Source of the DNA: a bacterium
Lineage (GTDB): Bacteria > Verrucomicrobiota > Verrucomicrobiia > Chthoniobacterales > JAFAMB01
Direction: 5' to 3'
NCBI GenBank assembly: GCA_046727495.1
Contig: JBKPCS010000077.1
Coordinates: 1 to 57,815 of the forward strand
Length of the DNA stretch: 57,815 nt
Made by a program: the position numbers and the translations under genes. Below the pieces are notes generated by a model, which ran no database searches, had not been told where the DNA came from, and worked only from the letters and a program-made list of their open reading frames with translations. This document shows, in pieces, positions 9,228 through 19,058 of the stretch. Within the stretch, counting starts at the first letter, position 1. Every line of letters starts with the position of its first letter.

Positions 9228-10006
9228 AGGGCAACTTCGATTCGTTTCCGCCTTTCAAAGCGGGCGGTTGTGGTGTAGCCGGCTGCTCGCGCTAGCTCAC
9301 GCGCGGACTCAAATTCATAACCCACTTCATCCGGCGCATGCGCATCGGAGTTGATCAGCATGGCGACGCCGGCCTCGTGCGCGAGCCGGATGAATTCGAG
9401 CTCCGGATAAATTTCGCCTGCCGGTTTTCGCAGGCCAGCGGTGTTGATTTCAAAGGCTACCTCGCGCTTTGCCATGGCTCTCACCGCCGGTTCGTAGTAC
9501 CGCCTTAAATCGCCATTCGGTCGGTAGCCAAACTTCTTGGGAAGATCTGGATGCGCCACGAAATCGAAGAGGCCACTCTCGATGCAACGAACATACTGTT
9601 TCCAGTACAAGTCCCAGATATCGTCGACGCTGTTCGTTGAGAACCGCGAAAGATGCTTAGGATTATCGACATCCCAGCCGGGAGCGATGTAGTGAACGCT
9701 GCCGATCAAGTAATCCCAATCAGCCTTTCCGGCCAGCTCTTCAATCCACTGTTCCTTTCCCTCGATATAGTCGCATTCAAGCCCGAGCCGGACGGTGATG
9801 CCTTTCGATCGGACCCGATCCACCATCGCAATGTATCGCGGCAACTGTTCAATCGACATGCGCCAGTCATCGAACGGTTCGGGCATCGGGTTATGATCAG
9901 CAAATCCGATCTCGTCCAGACCGATTCGTTGTGCCGCGGCGACGTACTCCTCGGGCTCGCCGGTCGCGTGACGGCATAGGGGCGTGTGGATGTGGTAATC
10001 CCTCAT
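9224..10006 (-). CDS. hisJ: Histidinol-phosphatase, HisJ family (PHP domain)
   Basis: DYHIHT..C.HA, GFADH, GLECDY, IGSVHY, AHPDL, EINTAGLRK, SDAHAP. Confidence 0.88.
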   Translation of the reverse strand: MRDYHIHTPLCRHATGEPEEYVAAAQRIGLDEIGFADHNPMPEPFDDWRMSIEQLPRYIAMVDRVRSKGITVRLGLECDYIEGKEQWIEELAGKADWDYLIGSVHYIAPGWDVDNPKHLSRFSTNSVDDIWDLYWKQYVRCIESGLFDFVAHPDLPKKFGYRPNGDLRRYYEPAVRAMAKREVAFEINTAGLRKPAGEIYPELEFIRLAHEAGVAMLINSDAHAPDEVGYEFESARELARAAGYTTTARFERRKRIEVAL

Positions 10007-10009
10007 GGT

Positions 10010-10153
10010 CTACCGTCAACCGTCGACCGTCGACCGTCCACCGTTTGCTGTTTTGTCGTCGCGCCCTGGGAACGGGTCTGCTGTCCGAGATCTTGAAGCC
10101 GCGCACGAGCTGGTGAGAGGCGAGAAGTGAGAGGTGAGGGGTGAGATGTGAGA
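10010..10153. repeat. Two different heptamer tandem runs, (CCGTCGA)n and (GTGAGAG)n
   Basis: CCGTCAA CCGTCGA CCGTCGA CCGTCCA at ~10013-10043; GTGAGAG GCGAGAA GTGAGAG GTGAGGG GTGAGAT GTGAGAA from 10113. Confidence 0.8.
10059..10116 (+). pseudogene. Relic 3' end of a lost M61 peptidase paralog
   Basis: 10078-10113 encodes LLSEILKPRTSW versus LLSEILKPRTN* at the C-terminus of the gene 10582..12459; TCGCGCCCT is shared upstream. Confidence 0.7.
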
Positions 10154-10350
10154 AATGCAATCCCCCGGATTGACCGTGGGTCGACCGTGCAAAGCGTGCA
10201 ACGGCGGAAAGGGGTACGGACGAATAGCGTAAGTTTACTCTGTCATCTGCACGTCCTAAACAAATCCTTGCATCGAAGTTCAATGTCAGCACTACAAAGA
10301 GGCGCTGCCGCAACTACAACAAAGGATTTCGGAGCGGTTCCACGGTGTTA

Positions 10351-10520
10351 TTTCGCCCGGAGGACGCGGAGGAAAGAAAAATCTAAATCCGAAACTCTGC
10401 GTTCCTCAGCGACCTCTGCGTGAAAAATTCTCGCGGAACTGTGCGAAGTTGTATGTCAGGAGGACACAGTTTTTCAAAGCGATTCCTTCTCAGCGATCTT
10501 TTCGACCTCCTTGTTAAAAT
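10351..10520. repeat. Nonamer-repeat stem-loop elements
   Basis: CGGAGGACGCGGAGG arm paired with CTCTGCGTTCCTCAGCGACCTCTGCGTG; second degenerate copy TTCTCAGCGATCTTTTCGACCTCCTTGTT; same style at 38904, 42410, 53264 and 54405. Confidence 0.65.
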
Positions 10521-10581
10521 CTTAGAGGCGTGCCGCCTCAACTGCGCTTGCGACGAGAATCCCTCCAGGCTACATGCGAAA

Positions 10582-12459
10582 ATGCGAAAATTCTTTGTGG
10601 TATTTCTTCTGTTCCCCGCGCTTTCTTCGCTTGCCGACGTGGACCTTGGAAAACCAATTACGCTCCAGGCGGATGCAAACCAGATTTCACGAAAAATCGT
10701 TCACGCTCATCTAGTGATACCGGTGAAACCAGGACCGCTGACACTATTCTATCCCAAATGGATTCCCGGCGAGCATGCGCCAACCGGACCAATTCAGGGT
10801 CTGGTTGATTTGCAGCTTTCTGCGAACGGCCAACGCGTTCCCTGGCGGAGAGACCTGGTAGACCTTTACACGATTCGCTGCGAGGTCCCAGCAGGCACGG
10901 CGAATCTGGATATCGATCTGAACTACTTGATTCCAGTTGACGTGGAAGGCTACTCAAGTGCGGCGGCGGCATCCGCCATGCTTGGGATCCTCAATTGGAA
11001 TCAGGTTATCCTTTATCCTTCGGGCACCGAACCGGACCACTTGACTTATCAAGCGAGTTTGAAGGTCCCCCAGGGATGGCGTTTCGGTACGGCACTGCCA
11101 ATTGCCAGTAAGGGAGATACCGTTCAATTCAAGCCGGTCTCATTGACTACTCTGGTGGATTCGCCGGTTGTGATGGGACTCTATTACCGGAATATCCCGT
11201 TAACCGAAGAATCGGACGGCCCGAGCAGCGAAATGGACATCGTAGCCGACTCGGCGGCCGGACTGGAATTGCCCGACAAAAAAATCGCTCAGTACCGGCA
11301 ACTCATTACGCAGGCAAAACAGCTCTTCGGCGCAACCCATTACCAGCATTACCACTTTCTCTGCACGTTGAGCGACTCGACGTTTCATGATGGGATCGAA
11401 CATCACGAATCGAGTCTGGACACAATGCCGGAGAATGGGTTTACCGACAAAGACGAGCTGGCAACGGCACAAGACTTGTTGCCCCATGAATATGTCCATT
11501 CCTGGAACGGCAAATATCGGCGTCCGGCAGATCTGGCGACGCCCGATTTTCAGCAGCCGATGAAAGATGATCTCCTCTGGGTTTACGAAGGGCTCACCGA
11601 ATATCTGGGCAGCTTTGTCCTGACTGCGCGGTCAGGGTTGCGCGACAAGGAAATGAGCCGGGATTACCTTGCCGGAATCGCCGCCCAGTTGGATCAGGAG
11701 AGCGGCCGTACCTGGCGGCCTCTGCAGGACACGGCGGACAACGCCTCGTTCCTTTATGATTCGCCCAAACAATGGCGTGACCGCCGGCGTTACGTTGATT
11801 TCTATCCCGAAGGCGTCCTCCTTTGGCTGGAGGCCGATGCCCTTATCCGGGAAAAGACCAATGGTGCAAACTCACTCGACAATTTTTGTCACGCTTTCCA
11901 CGGAGGCGAGAACAGCGGTCCGATGTTGAAAACCTACGTCGTAGACGACGTGATCAACACTTTGAACGACGTTGTGCCTAACGACTGGCACAACTTCTGG
12001 ACCGAGCGGCTCAACTCGGTTTCTCCCCGGGCGCCGATGAAAGGGATCGAATCGACCGGCTGGCGAGTTGTCTACAACGATCAACCAAATCGTGTTCTGG
12101 AGACCATGGCTAAATCGGAGAAGGTCACCGATGAGTGGTTTTCGTTAGGACTCCTGATCGGGGACGACTCCTCGATCGTCGATGTCCGGGGAAATTCTGC
12201 GGCAGACGCGGCCAAACTTGCGCCCGGCATGAAAATCATCGCCGTGAATTCCCGTTCTTATTCTGCGGACCGATTGAAAGAAGCAATCGGCGAAGCAGCG
12301 AAAGGATCAAAGCCGCCGGTCGAATTGTTAGTTAACAACGCGGACTATTTTCAGACGTTCAAACTCGACTACCACGACGGCCCGCGCTACCCGCACCTGG
12401 AACGCGATCCATCGCGCCCTGATCTGTTGTCAGAGATCCTGAAGCCGAGAACGAACTAG
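10582..12459 (+). CDS. M61 family glycyl aminopeptidase with PDZ domain, secreted
   Basis: Signal peptide from ATG 10582; PKWIPGEH, LVDSP, GIEHHES, HEYVHSWNGK (HExxH), LWVYEGLTEY; C-terminal PDZ (SAADAAKL..GMKIIAVN). Confidence 0.93.
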   Translation: MRKFFVVFLLFPALSSLADVDLGKPITLQADANQISRKIVHAHLVIPVKPGPLTLFYPKWIPGEHAPTGPIQGLVDLQLSANGQRVPWRRDLVDLYTIRCEVPAGTANLDIDLNYLIPVDVEGYSSAAAASAMLGILNWNQVILYPSGTEPDHLTYQASLKVPQGWRFGTALPIASKGDTVQFKPVSLTTLVDSPVVMGLYYRNIPLTEESDGPSSEMDIVADSAAGLELPDKKIAQYRQLITQAKQLFGATHYQHYHFLCTLSDSTFHDGIEHHESSLDTMPENGFTDKDELATAQDLLPHEYVHSWNGKYRRPADLATPDFQQPMKDDLLWVYEGLTEYLGSFVLTARSGLRDKEMSRDYLAGIAAQLDQESGRTWRPLQDTADNASFLYDSPKQWRDRRRYVDFYPEGVLLWLEADALIREKTNGANSLDNFCHAFHGGENSGPMLKTYVVDDVINTLNDVVPNDWHNFWTERLNSVSPRAPMKGIESTGWRVVYNDQPNRVLETMAKSEKVTDEWFSLGLLIGDDSSIVDVRGNSAADAAKLAPGMKIIAVNSRSYSADRLKEAIGEAAKGSKPPVELLVNNADYFQTFKLDYHDGPRYPHLERDPSRPDLLSEILKPRTN

Positions 12460-12859
12460 CTGGAGTTGCTCCTAAGGCGCTACGCCAATTTTAAGGCAGG
12501 CACCCGACTACTTAACGTAACAGGCAGCGCGGCTTACCCCTTTTTGGGCATTCCCTCCGAGAACGAAACACGTTAGGACAGCTTTGGTATATTGGTTAGT
12601 GGCTTACGAGAGCGCCGACATCCACTATGTCGATGTGCTGGGGATTTCTTTGCTGTTTCTTGTACTTGCAATAATCGATAGTCTTACCGATTCGAAAATC
12701 TACTTCCTTGGCTGGAAGCTTAGTTACCGAGCGCGGATAAAGCGATTCCAGCACTCGATGAAGTGATCCGTAGGCTCGATGTGAAAGTCCGTGGCAACTG
12801 GAAATGGCAGAACGTGCGCGTTCCTTGAAAAGAAAGCTGCTGACAAGTCCCGACGACGC

Positions 12860-14497
12860 TCAAAGCCAGCTTGAAGCTTGGGAAAACGAGTCGGCGAAGA
12901 ATCTCGGCCTGGAAAAGTTCCGATGATCCGATCCGAGCCTGGAGCGAGAGGAGCCAGTCAGGATGGATCCTACCGTCATTACGAGCGCAATGATCACCGG
13001 GACCAGCAGGTTTAAGGCATACCGGTCCATATAATACACGCAAATCATGTTTGCGACCCACATCGCAAGGCCTAGCAACAGGGTTATAACAATCACGATA
13101 AAGTCGGAGAGCGCCATCTGCCCCAAAGCAAAACCGATGATCGCTACGAAAGAAACCACCGTGTAAGAAAGCCAGAGCGGCATCGCTTGCCAGAGGCCCA
13201 GATATGGATCCAAGATCGCTGTCGCGTATACCTGATTCGCATCGTCTGCTCTTAATCTGGTGTATCCCTTCAGATATTTCCAAAGATCAGGGCGACGGAC
13301 CATGTCTTCTGCAGTCCAAAGATGGGAATAGAAGGGCGAAAGTGCGACTTTCTGTTGGTTCGTTGACAGCCCGGTCCACACATCGTTGCCGATCACGGCC
13401 AGAAGGGTGGGATGAAACGTTCCCAGATAAGCAAGTGATTCGACAAGAATCAATCTGTCGCTCTTCTCTAGCGCCTCGGCATTAGGCACCCCGCTTTCGC
13501 GAAGTGCTGACGTGAGCTCTTCTCCTGTTCCTTTTGGACCCAGCCCTATTGATGCCTGAAGCTCAATCGCTTCGCGCACAAAAGGATCATTCTGCCTGCT
13601 GGCCAATTGCTGCGCTAGGCTAGTCCTCTGTTCCGGTGAAAGCTCTTTCAGAAATGAAGACACTCGATCGCTAAGAGTCCGGCCTATAGTGGGACGATAT
13701 TTCTGTCCGATAGATGCCATCAGTGCTCGCGGGATAATCAGGTTTAGCGCCACGATGAATACTCCGATAGAACACGCAATAATGACCGAACGCCAATTGT
13801 GTCTCCTTGCCGATTTTAGCGGATGATTGATTAGAGCTAGCAGTACCATGATCGTGGGTAACCAGATAATCAGGAGCACATTCAAATGCCGGCTTCCAAT
13901 TGCAAAGAATAGACCGGCGGCGTAAATGATCCACGCCGGTACCAGAGGTTGTTTAACAAGGCTTATTCCAGCGGCGAAAACTGTAATGAGTGCAATTGTG
14001 CTCCAAGATTCCGAACCGCAGGTCTGCGCCTGCGCGTACAGGCCGCCCATTGATGCAAAGATTGAAGCGCACAGGATGGATCTTGTTCTGCTGGAGCCAG
14101 CGATCGTTGTAACCACGTAGGCCAGAGACACAATCAGACCAACGTGCTGCAACACAACCAAGAGGTAGAGCCCCAAGTCGGTGGGCGTCTGCTGGGAGAG
14201 TAAGTTGTGATGAAAACTGTGCCCGCTAATCGCCGAAGCTAAATTGAAAGGGATCCGCGAAAGAAAGCAGTAGATCGGGGGATATTGAAGAATATTTACC
14301 GCGTCGGCCCGGGCAGCCAGTTGCCAGAAAGCGTCGATGTCCTTCCACAGCGGTGGATACCGGTAGATTAAATAAAGCGAGGGAACCACCAAAATGGCTA
14401 TCCACCATCGCTGCCCGAAGTACTCGAGGAGAGTTCGTTGCAGACTTGAGGTGTTGCCGGCTTCTTGGGTTGAGAAAGAGGTTTGAGAGCAGCGCAA
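12860..14497 (-). CDS. Polytopic membrane protein, putative GT-C glycosyltransferase (paralog of 36106..37761)
   Basis: Many TM segments, PPLWKDID acidic motif after TM1, large periplasmic loop; AGGAG before the TTG start. Confidence 0.75.
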   Translation of the reverse strand: MRCSQTSFSTQEAGNTSSLQRTLLEYFGQRWWIAILVVPSLYLIYRYPPLWKDIDAFWQLAARADAVNILQYPPIYCFLSRIPFNLASAISGHSFHHNLLSQQTPTDLGLYLLVVLQHVGLIVSLAYVVTTIAGSSRTRSILCASIFASMGGLYAQAQTCGSESWSTIALITVFAAGISLVKQPLVPAWIIYAAGLFFAIGSRHLNVLLIIWLPTIMVLLALINHPLKSARRHNWRSVIIACSIGVFIVALNLIIPRALMASIGQKYRPTIGRTLSDRVSSFLKELSPEQRTSLAQQLASRQNDPFVREAIELQASIGLGPKGTGEELTSALRESGVPNAEALEKSDRLILVESLAYLGTFHPTLLAVIGNDVWTGLSTNQQKVALSPFYSHLWTAEDMVRRPDLWKYLKGYTRLRADDANQVYATAILDPYLGLWQAMPLWLSYTVVSFVAIIGFALGQMALSDFIVIVITLLLGLAMWVANMICVYYMDRYALNLLVPVIIALVMTVGSILTGSSRSRLGSDHRNFSRPRFFADSFSQASSWL

Positions 14498-14881
14498 AAT
14501 GATTAACTCCTTGGAGAGGCCACGATTCTAAGCAAAGGCAAGTCGCCGCCAAATATTTTTTGCTAAGTACTTTAGCGGAACCAGCTTGGATCTTATCCGG
14601 ATAAACGCCAGCTTTTTTGGTCCGGCGAAGTATCTAGACGTGGCGATAGCGTTCGGATTTCGGGTCAAACCGATCCACGGTTAGTGGCCGCGTGGGAATA
14701 GAAAAATGAAGCGCTTTGGGCACTGGTTTGACGGTGAGATTCACCAGGCGCCATTCTGAGACCGTAAGGCGACTTGTCAATTGCGGCGGCCGACGCGGGA
14801 GTTTGCGCAAGACGTTGAATATATTCTTCCCGGTTGTTTTGGTCGGAAGTACTGTTTTTGTGGTGATAAGAACCGAAGCTT

Positions 14882-15211
14882 ATGGCGAGAGATCCTGGTT
14901 TAGAGGAGGTGCTTAATGAAGAGCTGGGTTCGGTTCCAGGAATAACAGCAAAGGCGATGTTCGGAGGATGGGCATGGCTTCTGAATGACAATCTTCTCTG
15001 CGGTGCACGCCCGGACGGCATGCTGCTAAGGGTCGGAAAAGCAAATGAAGTCTGGGCGCTGAAATTAGCCGGAGTTGTCCCGATGATATCTCGCGGCCGG
15101 CGAATGAGCGGCTGGGTGAGAGCTGCTCTGGAAGCTTACGGTGACGACGCGGTCCGCCGGAAATTGTTAGATGCGGCGTTGAAGTTCACCGGATCGCTTC
15201 CGCGAAAGTGA
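14882..15211 (+). CDS. TfoX/Sxy N-terminal domain protein
   Basis: KAMFGG..WLLNDNLLCG...GMLLRVG, GRRMSGWVR, C-terminal A..F..SLP. Confidence 0.85.
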   Translation: MARDPGLEEVLNEELGSVPGITAKAMFGGWAWLLNDNLLCGARPDGMLLRVGKANEVWALKLAGVVPMISRGRRMSGWVRAALEAYGDDAVRRKLLDAALKFTGSLPRK

Positions 15212-15215
15212 GTGC

Positions 15216-16103
15216 CTATCTCCTGCCTCCCCACAAATAAAGATGAGCTAAAATCGGGACCAGCGGTCCTATCAGCGCCAGCAGCACGATCATCCACGCG
15301 ATGGGACGCGCGAAGTTTAGGCTGTATCCGAGGCCGAACCGTTTCTCAACTAACACGGCAGGGTCATCTCGGTTGAAGTACAGGATGCCCAGCTTCCAGT
15401 AGCGATCTGGAGTACGATCTCCTATCGGTACGGTAGAACTGGTTAATCGTGACCCATCCGCGGTCGCCATCCGGCTGCCGCCCTGTCCGAGGCGTGCAAG
15501 CGCAATTATTGCCCGCCAGAGCAAAAATAAAAACCAACGGAAGCAGAACAACAGCTGTTAAATGGTCACGATGTGGGACTAGCACGATCCAAGAGGCTTC
15601 TAAGGTGATATAGTACTCAGTCACCACGAGTATGGCTGAAACCGTCCTCCGGAACTTCAATTCACACGCGCGCTCAGAACCGGCGGCATGAATCGGCCGC
15701 GTCCAGTGCAGCAGACCGTAAAGAATGACGGTGAGTGCCGCCAAAATTCCGGCGGTACTAACGAAATAGATGCTTAAACTGTGAAAAGGCAAAATGGTTG
15801 ACTGCTCTCCGCCCCCGTGGCTGGCAATAGGCGCGGGTGCATTCGTCGGGTGAATCCACAGAAAACCGGCGCAGGCGGCAAGCAAAATGACACGACGAGC
15901 GCCACCGCGGAAACAAGTATCAGCTCGATCCGGTAACGGTGGAGAATCGACTTACCTTTGGGTTCATCCCGAAACCCGGGAGCCACCGTTACGGCAAAGT
16001 AAAGATCGTGTCGGGTCAGGCGAGGCATGAACCAAAGAATGAAGCCGTAGAGAATAGCGATGCCGCCGATGGTGATGGCGATAATGAGGTGGGTCGTTGT
16101 CAT
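15216..16103 (-). pseudogene. DUF1648/DUF5808 membrane protein broken by two frameshifts
   Basis: N-terminus (LYFAVTVAPGFRD) in ORF 15774..16103, middle TMs in 15364..15885, and the DUF5808 motif YWKLGILYFNRDDPAVLVEKRFGLGYSLNF in 15216..15551. Confidence 0.8.
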
Positions 16104-16483
16104 ATCTTCTCTTGGAGTTTTCTGGCGGTTTCGATCATTTCTCTGGCCAACGAACTCGGTGCGAGCCCCTCTGCAAGCCCCTTGGCAACAAGCTCTCGTA
16201 ATGGACTGGTAAACCGCTCCATTGTATCAGGTCCGGCTTGGGGCCGATCGCGTTCACGGACGATTGCACCGCGATGTCGCTTCAACTCTAGCCAGCCTTC
16301 GTTGGCCAACTGACGATAAGCTTCGGCGACCGTGTTGTGGTGAACGCCGAGGTTGATCGCCAGGGTTCGGACCGTCGGTAGCTTGGCGCCAGGACTGAAT
16401 TTCCCGGACACCAGCTCGGTCCGAAGACCGTTCGCGATCTGTTCATAGATCGGAAGACGCGACGCTAAATCGATCCGCAGCAT
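16100..16483 (-). CDS. GntR family regulator, YtrA subfamily
   Basis: PIYEQI, LPTVRTLA, VHHNTVAEAYRQL..EG, short C-terminal domain; ATGA overlap with the downstream gene. Confidence 0.93.
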   Translation of the reverse strand: MLRIDLASRLPIYEQIANGLRTELVSGKFSPGAKLPTVRTLAINLGVHHNTVAEAYRQLANEGWLELKRHRGAIVRERDRPQAGPDTMERFTSPLRELVAKGLAEGLAPSSLAREMIETARKLQEKI

Positions 16484-16506
16484 AGAAAGCGATCACCTTG
16501 CGGCCA

Positions 16507-16531
16507 ATTTGTACATCATCAATGTACAAAT
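16507..16531. promoter_or_regulatory. Palindromic operator, probably for the YtrA-type GntR
   Basis: Perfect ATTTGTACAT-N5-ATGTACAAAT 24 nt upstream of the GntR start. Confidence 0.75.
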
Positions 16532-16704
16532 GTCAAACGCCGGCTCTGCTGTTAGATCAGGTAGACGATTGAAAGAATGGCAAGAGCCCTGCGAATCGAT
16601 ATCGCTGACGCCGTAGAATCCACTAACCTGAGGTGTCCTCGAAATTGCGGACAGATCAACCCTAAGAATCGAGGACGAGGACGAGAACGAGGAGGATTAG
16701 CGCG

Positions 16705-17352
16705 CTATCGTGAGACCTCTGCGTGAGAGCTTTTGCCGTTTCTCAGCATGATCCCATCGAGGATGATCTTGGTCATTGCGAGATAATCTTGGGCGAGGTC
16801 GACTAATGATTTGTCCGCGTAGTCGCGTACCATTAGACCTTCGAGCAGGCTGGTCAGAGAAACGGCTACTGCGCGTTTGTTGATATCGCCCCTGAATTCG
16901 TTGGCTCTGATTCCGCGTTCGAGAATCTCTTCGAGATACTCGTTGTGACTCCGGTAATTGTTGGCCAGGATCCGTTTTACTGTTTCTTTCAATCTGGGAG
17001 AAGAACTCAGTGCAAGAAACTGAAACCAGAGCCCGAACATTTTCCGATGCCGAAAAGCGTCTGCTAACAAATCGCCGCAAACCTGGTCGAGCAATTTTCG
17101 CGGACTCAAATCGCCTGCTTCAGCGATGAGCTTTTTCTGCAGCTCCAGTGTTTGCAGGGCGTAATGCTCGTACATGACAACCATCAACTCTTCTTTGCTC
17201 TTGAAATAAAGGTAGCTGGTGCCTTTGCCGAGGTTCGCCTCCTTTGCCACATCGTCCATCGTGCAGAGGTTGAGGCCTTTTTTGATGAAGGCCGACATCG
17301 CGGCTTTCATCAGGCGAATCTTCATTCCGTGTTCGTCCCTTTTCCGAGGCAT
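16705..17352 (-). CDS. TetR/AcrR family transcriptional regulator
   Basis: HTH: AF..KG....TMDDVAKEANLGKGTSYLYFKSKEEL; C-terminal GI..NEFR. Confidence 0.93.
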   Translation of the reverse strand: MPRKRDEHGMKIRLMKAAMSAFIKKGLNLCTMDDVAKEANLGKGTSYLYFKSKEELMVVMYEHYALQTLELQKKLIAEAGDLSPRKLLDQVCGDLLADAFRHRKMFGLWFQFLALSSSPRLKETVKRILANNYRSHNEYLEEILERGIRANEFRGDINKRAVAVSLTSLLEGLMVRDYADKSLVDLAQDYLAMTKIILDGIMLRNGKSSHAEVSR

Positions 17353-17596
17353 AGGGGAGAATGTTGAGTGCGAGTGTAAGTGTGAGTGCTAGTTGGCGGT
17401 GACAGAGGAGAGGAATCGTACTCGCCCTCGTCCTCGTGCTCGACATGTTTTTCCAGGCGAGAGAATCATCGGGAGTCGAGTGTCCCCGGCCGGTCCTCGT
17501 CGCGGGGCCGCAATCGAGAACGAGGACAAGTTAGCGGATGAAACCGCTGATGGCATTGTTGGCATTGACGGCGCTGTTGGCATTCCAATTTCCTAT

Positions 17597-17627
17597 TTGA
17601 CATGGCTGACCAGTCGGTCATTAATAG
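17597..17627 (+). promoter_or_regulatory. Putative hpnH promoter with a TetR-type operator
   Basis: TTGACA (17597-17602), then TGACC-AGTC-GGTCA palindrome (17607-17620) in the spacer and an AT-rich ATTAAT, just before ATG 17641. Confidence 0.6.
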
Positions 17628-17640
17628 CTCAAATCGGCCT

Positions 17641-18660
17641 ATGGTACCACTCAGTCAAATGTTTACGGTTGCCACTTACGTCATGGGGCAAAAACTCCGT
17701 GGTCGGAAGCGGTATCCATTGGTTCTGATGCTTGAACCGCTCTTTCGTTGCAACCTGGCATGCGCAGGTTGCGGCAAGATCCAGTATCCGGAGCATATCC
17801 TGAGCCGGCGATTGACTCCGGAGCAGTGCTGGGCTGCCGCCGAAGAGTGTGGTGCACCGATGGTTTCGATTCCGGGCGGGGAACCGCTGATCCATCCTGA
17901 GATCGGCGAGATCGTGGCTGGGTTGGTTGAACGGAAGAAATATATTTATCTCTGCACGAACGCGCTTCTGTTGAAGCGCAAACTGGATCTGTTCAAGCCC
18001 TCGCAGTATTTGACCTTTTCGGTTCACCTCGACGGTCTGCAAGAGGAACATGACGAAGCGGTATGCCGCGACGGTACGTACAAAACGGCAGTCGAGGGGA
18101 TTAAAGAAGCGCTTAAACGCGGGTTTCGTGTGACCACCAACACGACGTTGTTTGAAGGCGCGAATCCGGAACGAGTCCGAGAATTTTTCAATGAAGCAAT
18201 GGCGCTGGGTGTTGAGGGGATGATGTTGTCTCCTGGATACAGCTACCAAAAAGCACCCGATCAAGAGCATTTTCTGGCGAAAAAGCGTAGTACCGAGCTG
18301 TTCAAACAGATCCTGGGCAATGCTGACAAAAGCTGGCGATTCAACTTGTCTCCGTTGTTTCTAAAGTTTCTCCAGGGCGAAATCGACTACGATTGCACCC
18401 CTTGGGGTATGCCGACCTACAATATCTTCGGGTGGCAAAAACCGTGTTACCTGCTCCAGGATGGCTACGCCAAGAGTTTTGCGGAGCTGATGGAGCTCAC
18501 TGCATGGGAAAAGTACGGTCCGAAGAGTGGTAACTCGAAGTGCAGCAACTGTATGGTGCATTCAGGGTACGAGGCGACCGCAGTGGACGACACTTTTGGC
18601 TCGTTGGAAGGATTTTTCCGGACTGTTCGCGCAACCCTGGCACCTAACCGCCCTCTGTAA
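17641..18660 (+). CDS. hpnH: Adenosyl-hopene transferase HpnH (radical SAM)
   Basis: YPLVLMLEPLFRCNLACAGCGKI (CxxxCxxC), SIPGGEPL, YLCTNA, FSVHLDG, CTPWGMPT, C.NCMVHSGYE. Confidence 0.96.
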   Translation: MVPLSQMFTVATYVMGQKLRGRKRYPLVLMLEPLFRCNLACAGCGKIQYPEHILSRRLTPEQCWAAAEECGAPMVSIPGGEPLIHPEIGEIVAGLVERKKYIYLCTNALLLKRKLDLFKPSQYLTFSVHLDGLQEEHDEAVCRDGTYKTAVEGIKEALKRGFRVTTNTTLFEGANPERVREFFNEAMALGVEGMMLSPGYSYQKAPDQEHFLAKKRSTELFKQILGNADKSWRFNLSPLFLKFLQGEIDYDCTPWGMPTYNIFGWQKPCYLLQDGYAKSFAELMELTAWEKYGPKSGNSKCSNCMVHSGYEATAVDDTFGSLEGFFRTVRATLAPNRPL

Positions 18661-19058
18661 TGCCTACGTTTGAAAAAACCGAACCGGCGGCACCGCAGGA
18701 AGAAACGCTTCAAGGCCGCGAGTTTGTTCTGTCAACTGATGAAGAACGGAACGCTGCGTTTGAACAAGCATTCGATTACCGCGGTGATGTGACCCTGGAA
18801 CTGCGTTCCGGGGAAAGAATCGAAGGTTACCTGTTCAATCGTGAACCCACAGGGAATCCACCGTCCGTTTCACTTCTCCTAAAAGGCTCGGATCAGCCGC
18901 GACTGGTCGCCTACAACGAGATCGCGAAACTAGTGTTCAGCGGCAAAGACGCTGCCGATGGCAAATCGTATGAGGCTTGGAAAGCTAAAAAGAAAGCTGA
19001 ACGCGACGCCGAGGCCAAGCGGATCGAGGAGAAAATGAAAGCTGACGGCTACCTTTAG
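18660..19058 (+). CDS. Hypothetical protein coupled to hpnH (possible Sm/LSm-like barrel)
   Basis: TAATG stop/start overlap; AFDYRGDVTLELRSGERIEGYLFN, GKDAADGKSYEAW, charged helical tail. Confidence 0.8.
   Translation: MPTFEKTEPAAPQEETLQGREFVLSTDEERNAAFEQAFDYRGDVTLELRSGERIEGYLFNREPTGNPPSVSLLLKGSDQPRLVAYNEIAKLVFSGKDAADGKSYEAWKAKKKAERDAEAKRIEEKMKADGYL

Noticed and set aside
10420-10581. Long N-terminal extensions given by the ORF track (also 1312, 5188, 28866, 38998, 49493, 53397)
   Set aside because: They run through repeat or promoter DNA; downstream ATGs give proper signal peptides or family-typical N-termini
12584-12766. 60-aa hydrophobic ORF
   Set aside because: TTG start, no recognisable motif; cannot be supported, though a small membrane protein or remnant is not excluded
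14562-14576. GCTAA-GTACT-TTAGC palindrome as an operator
   Set aside because: Only 5-bp arms, single copy; could be chance
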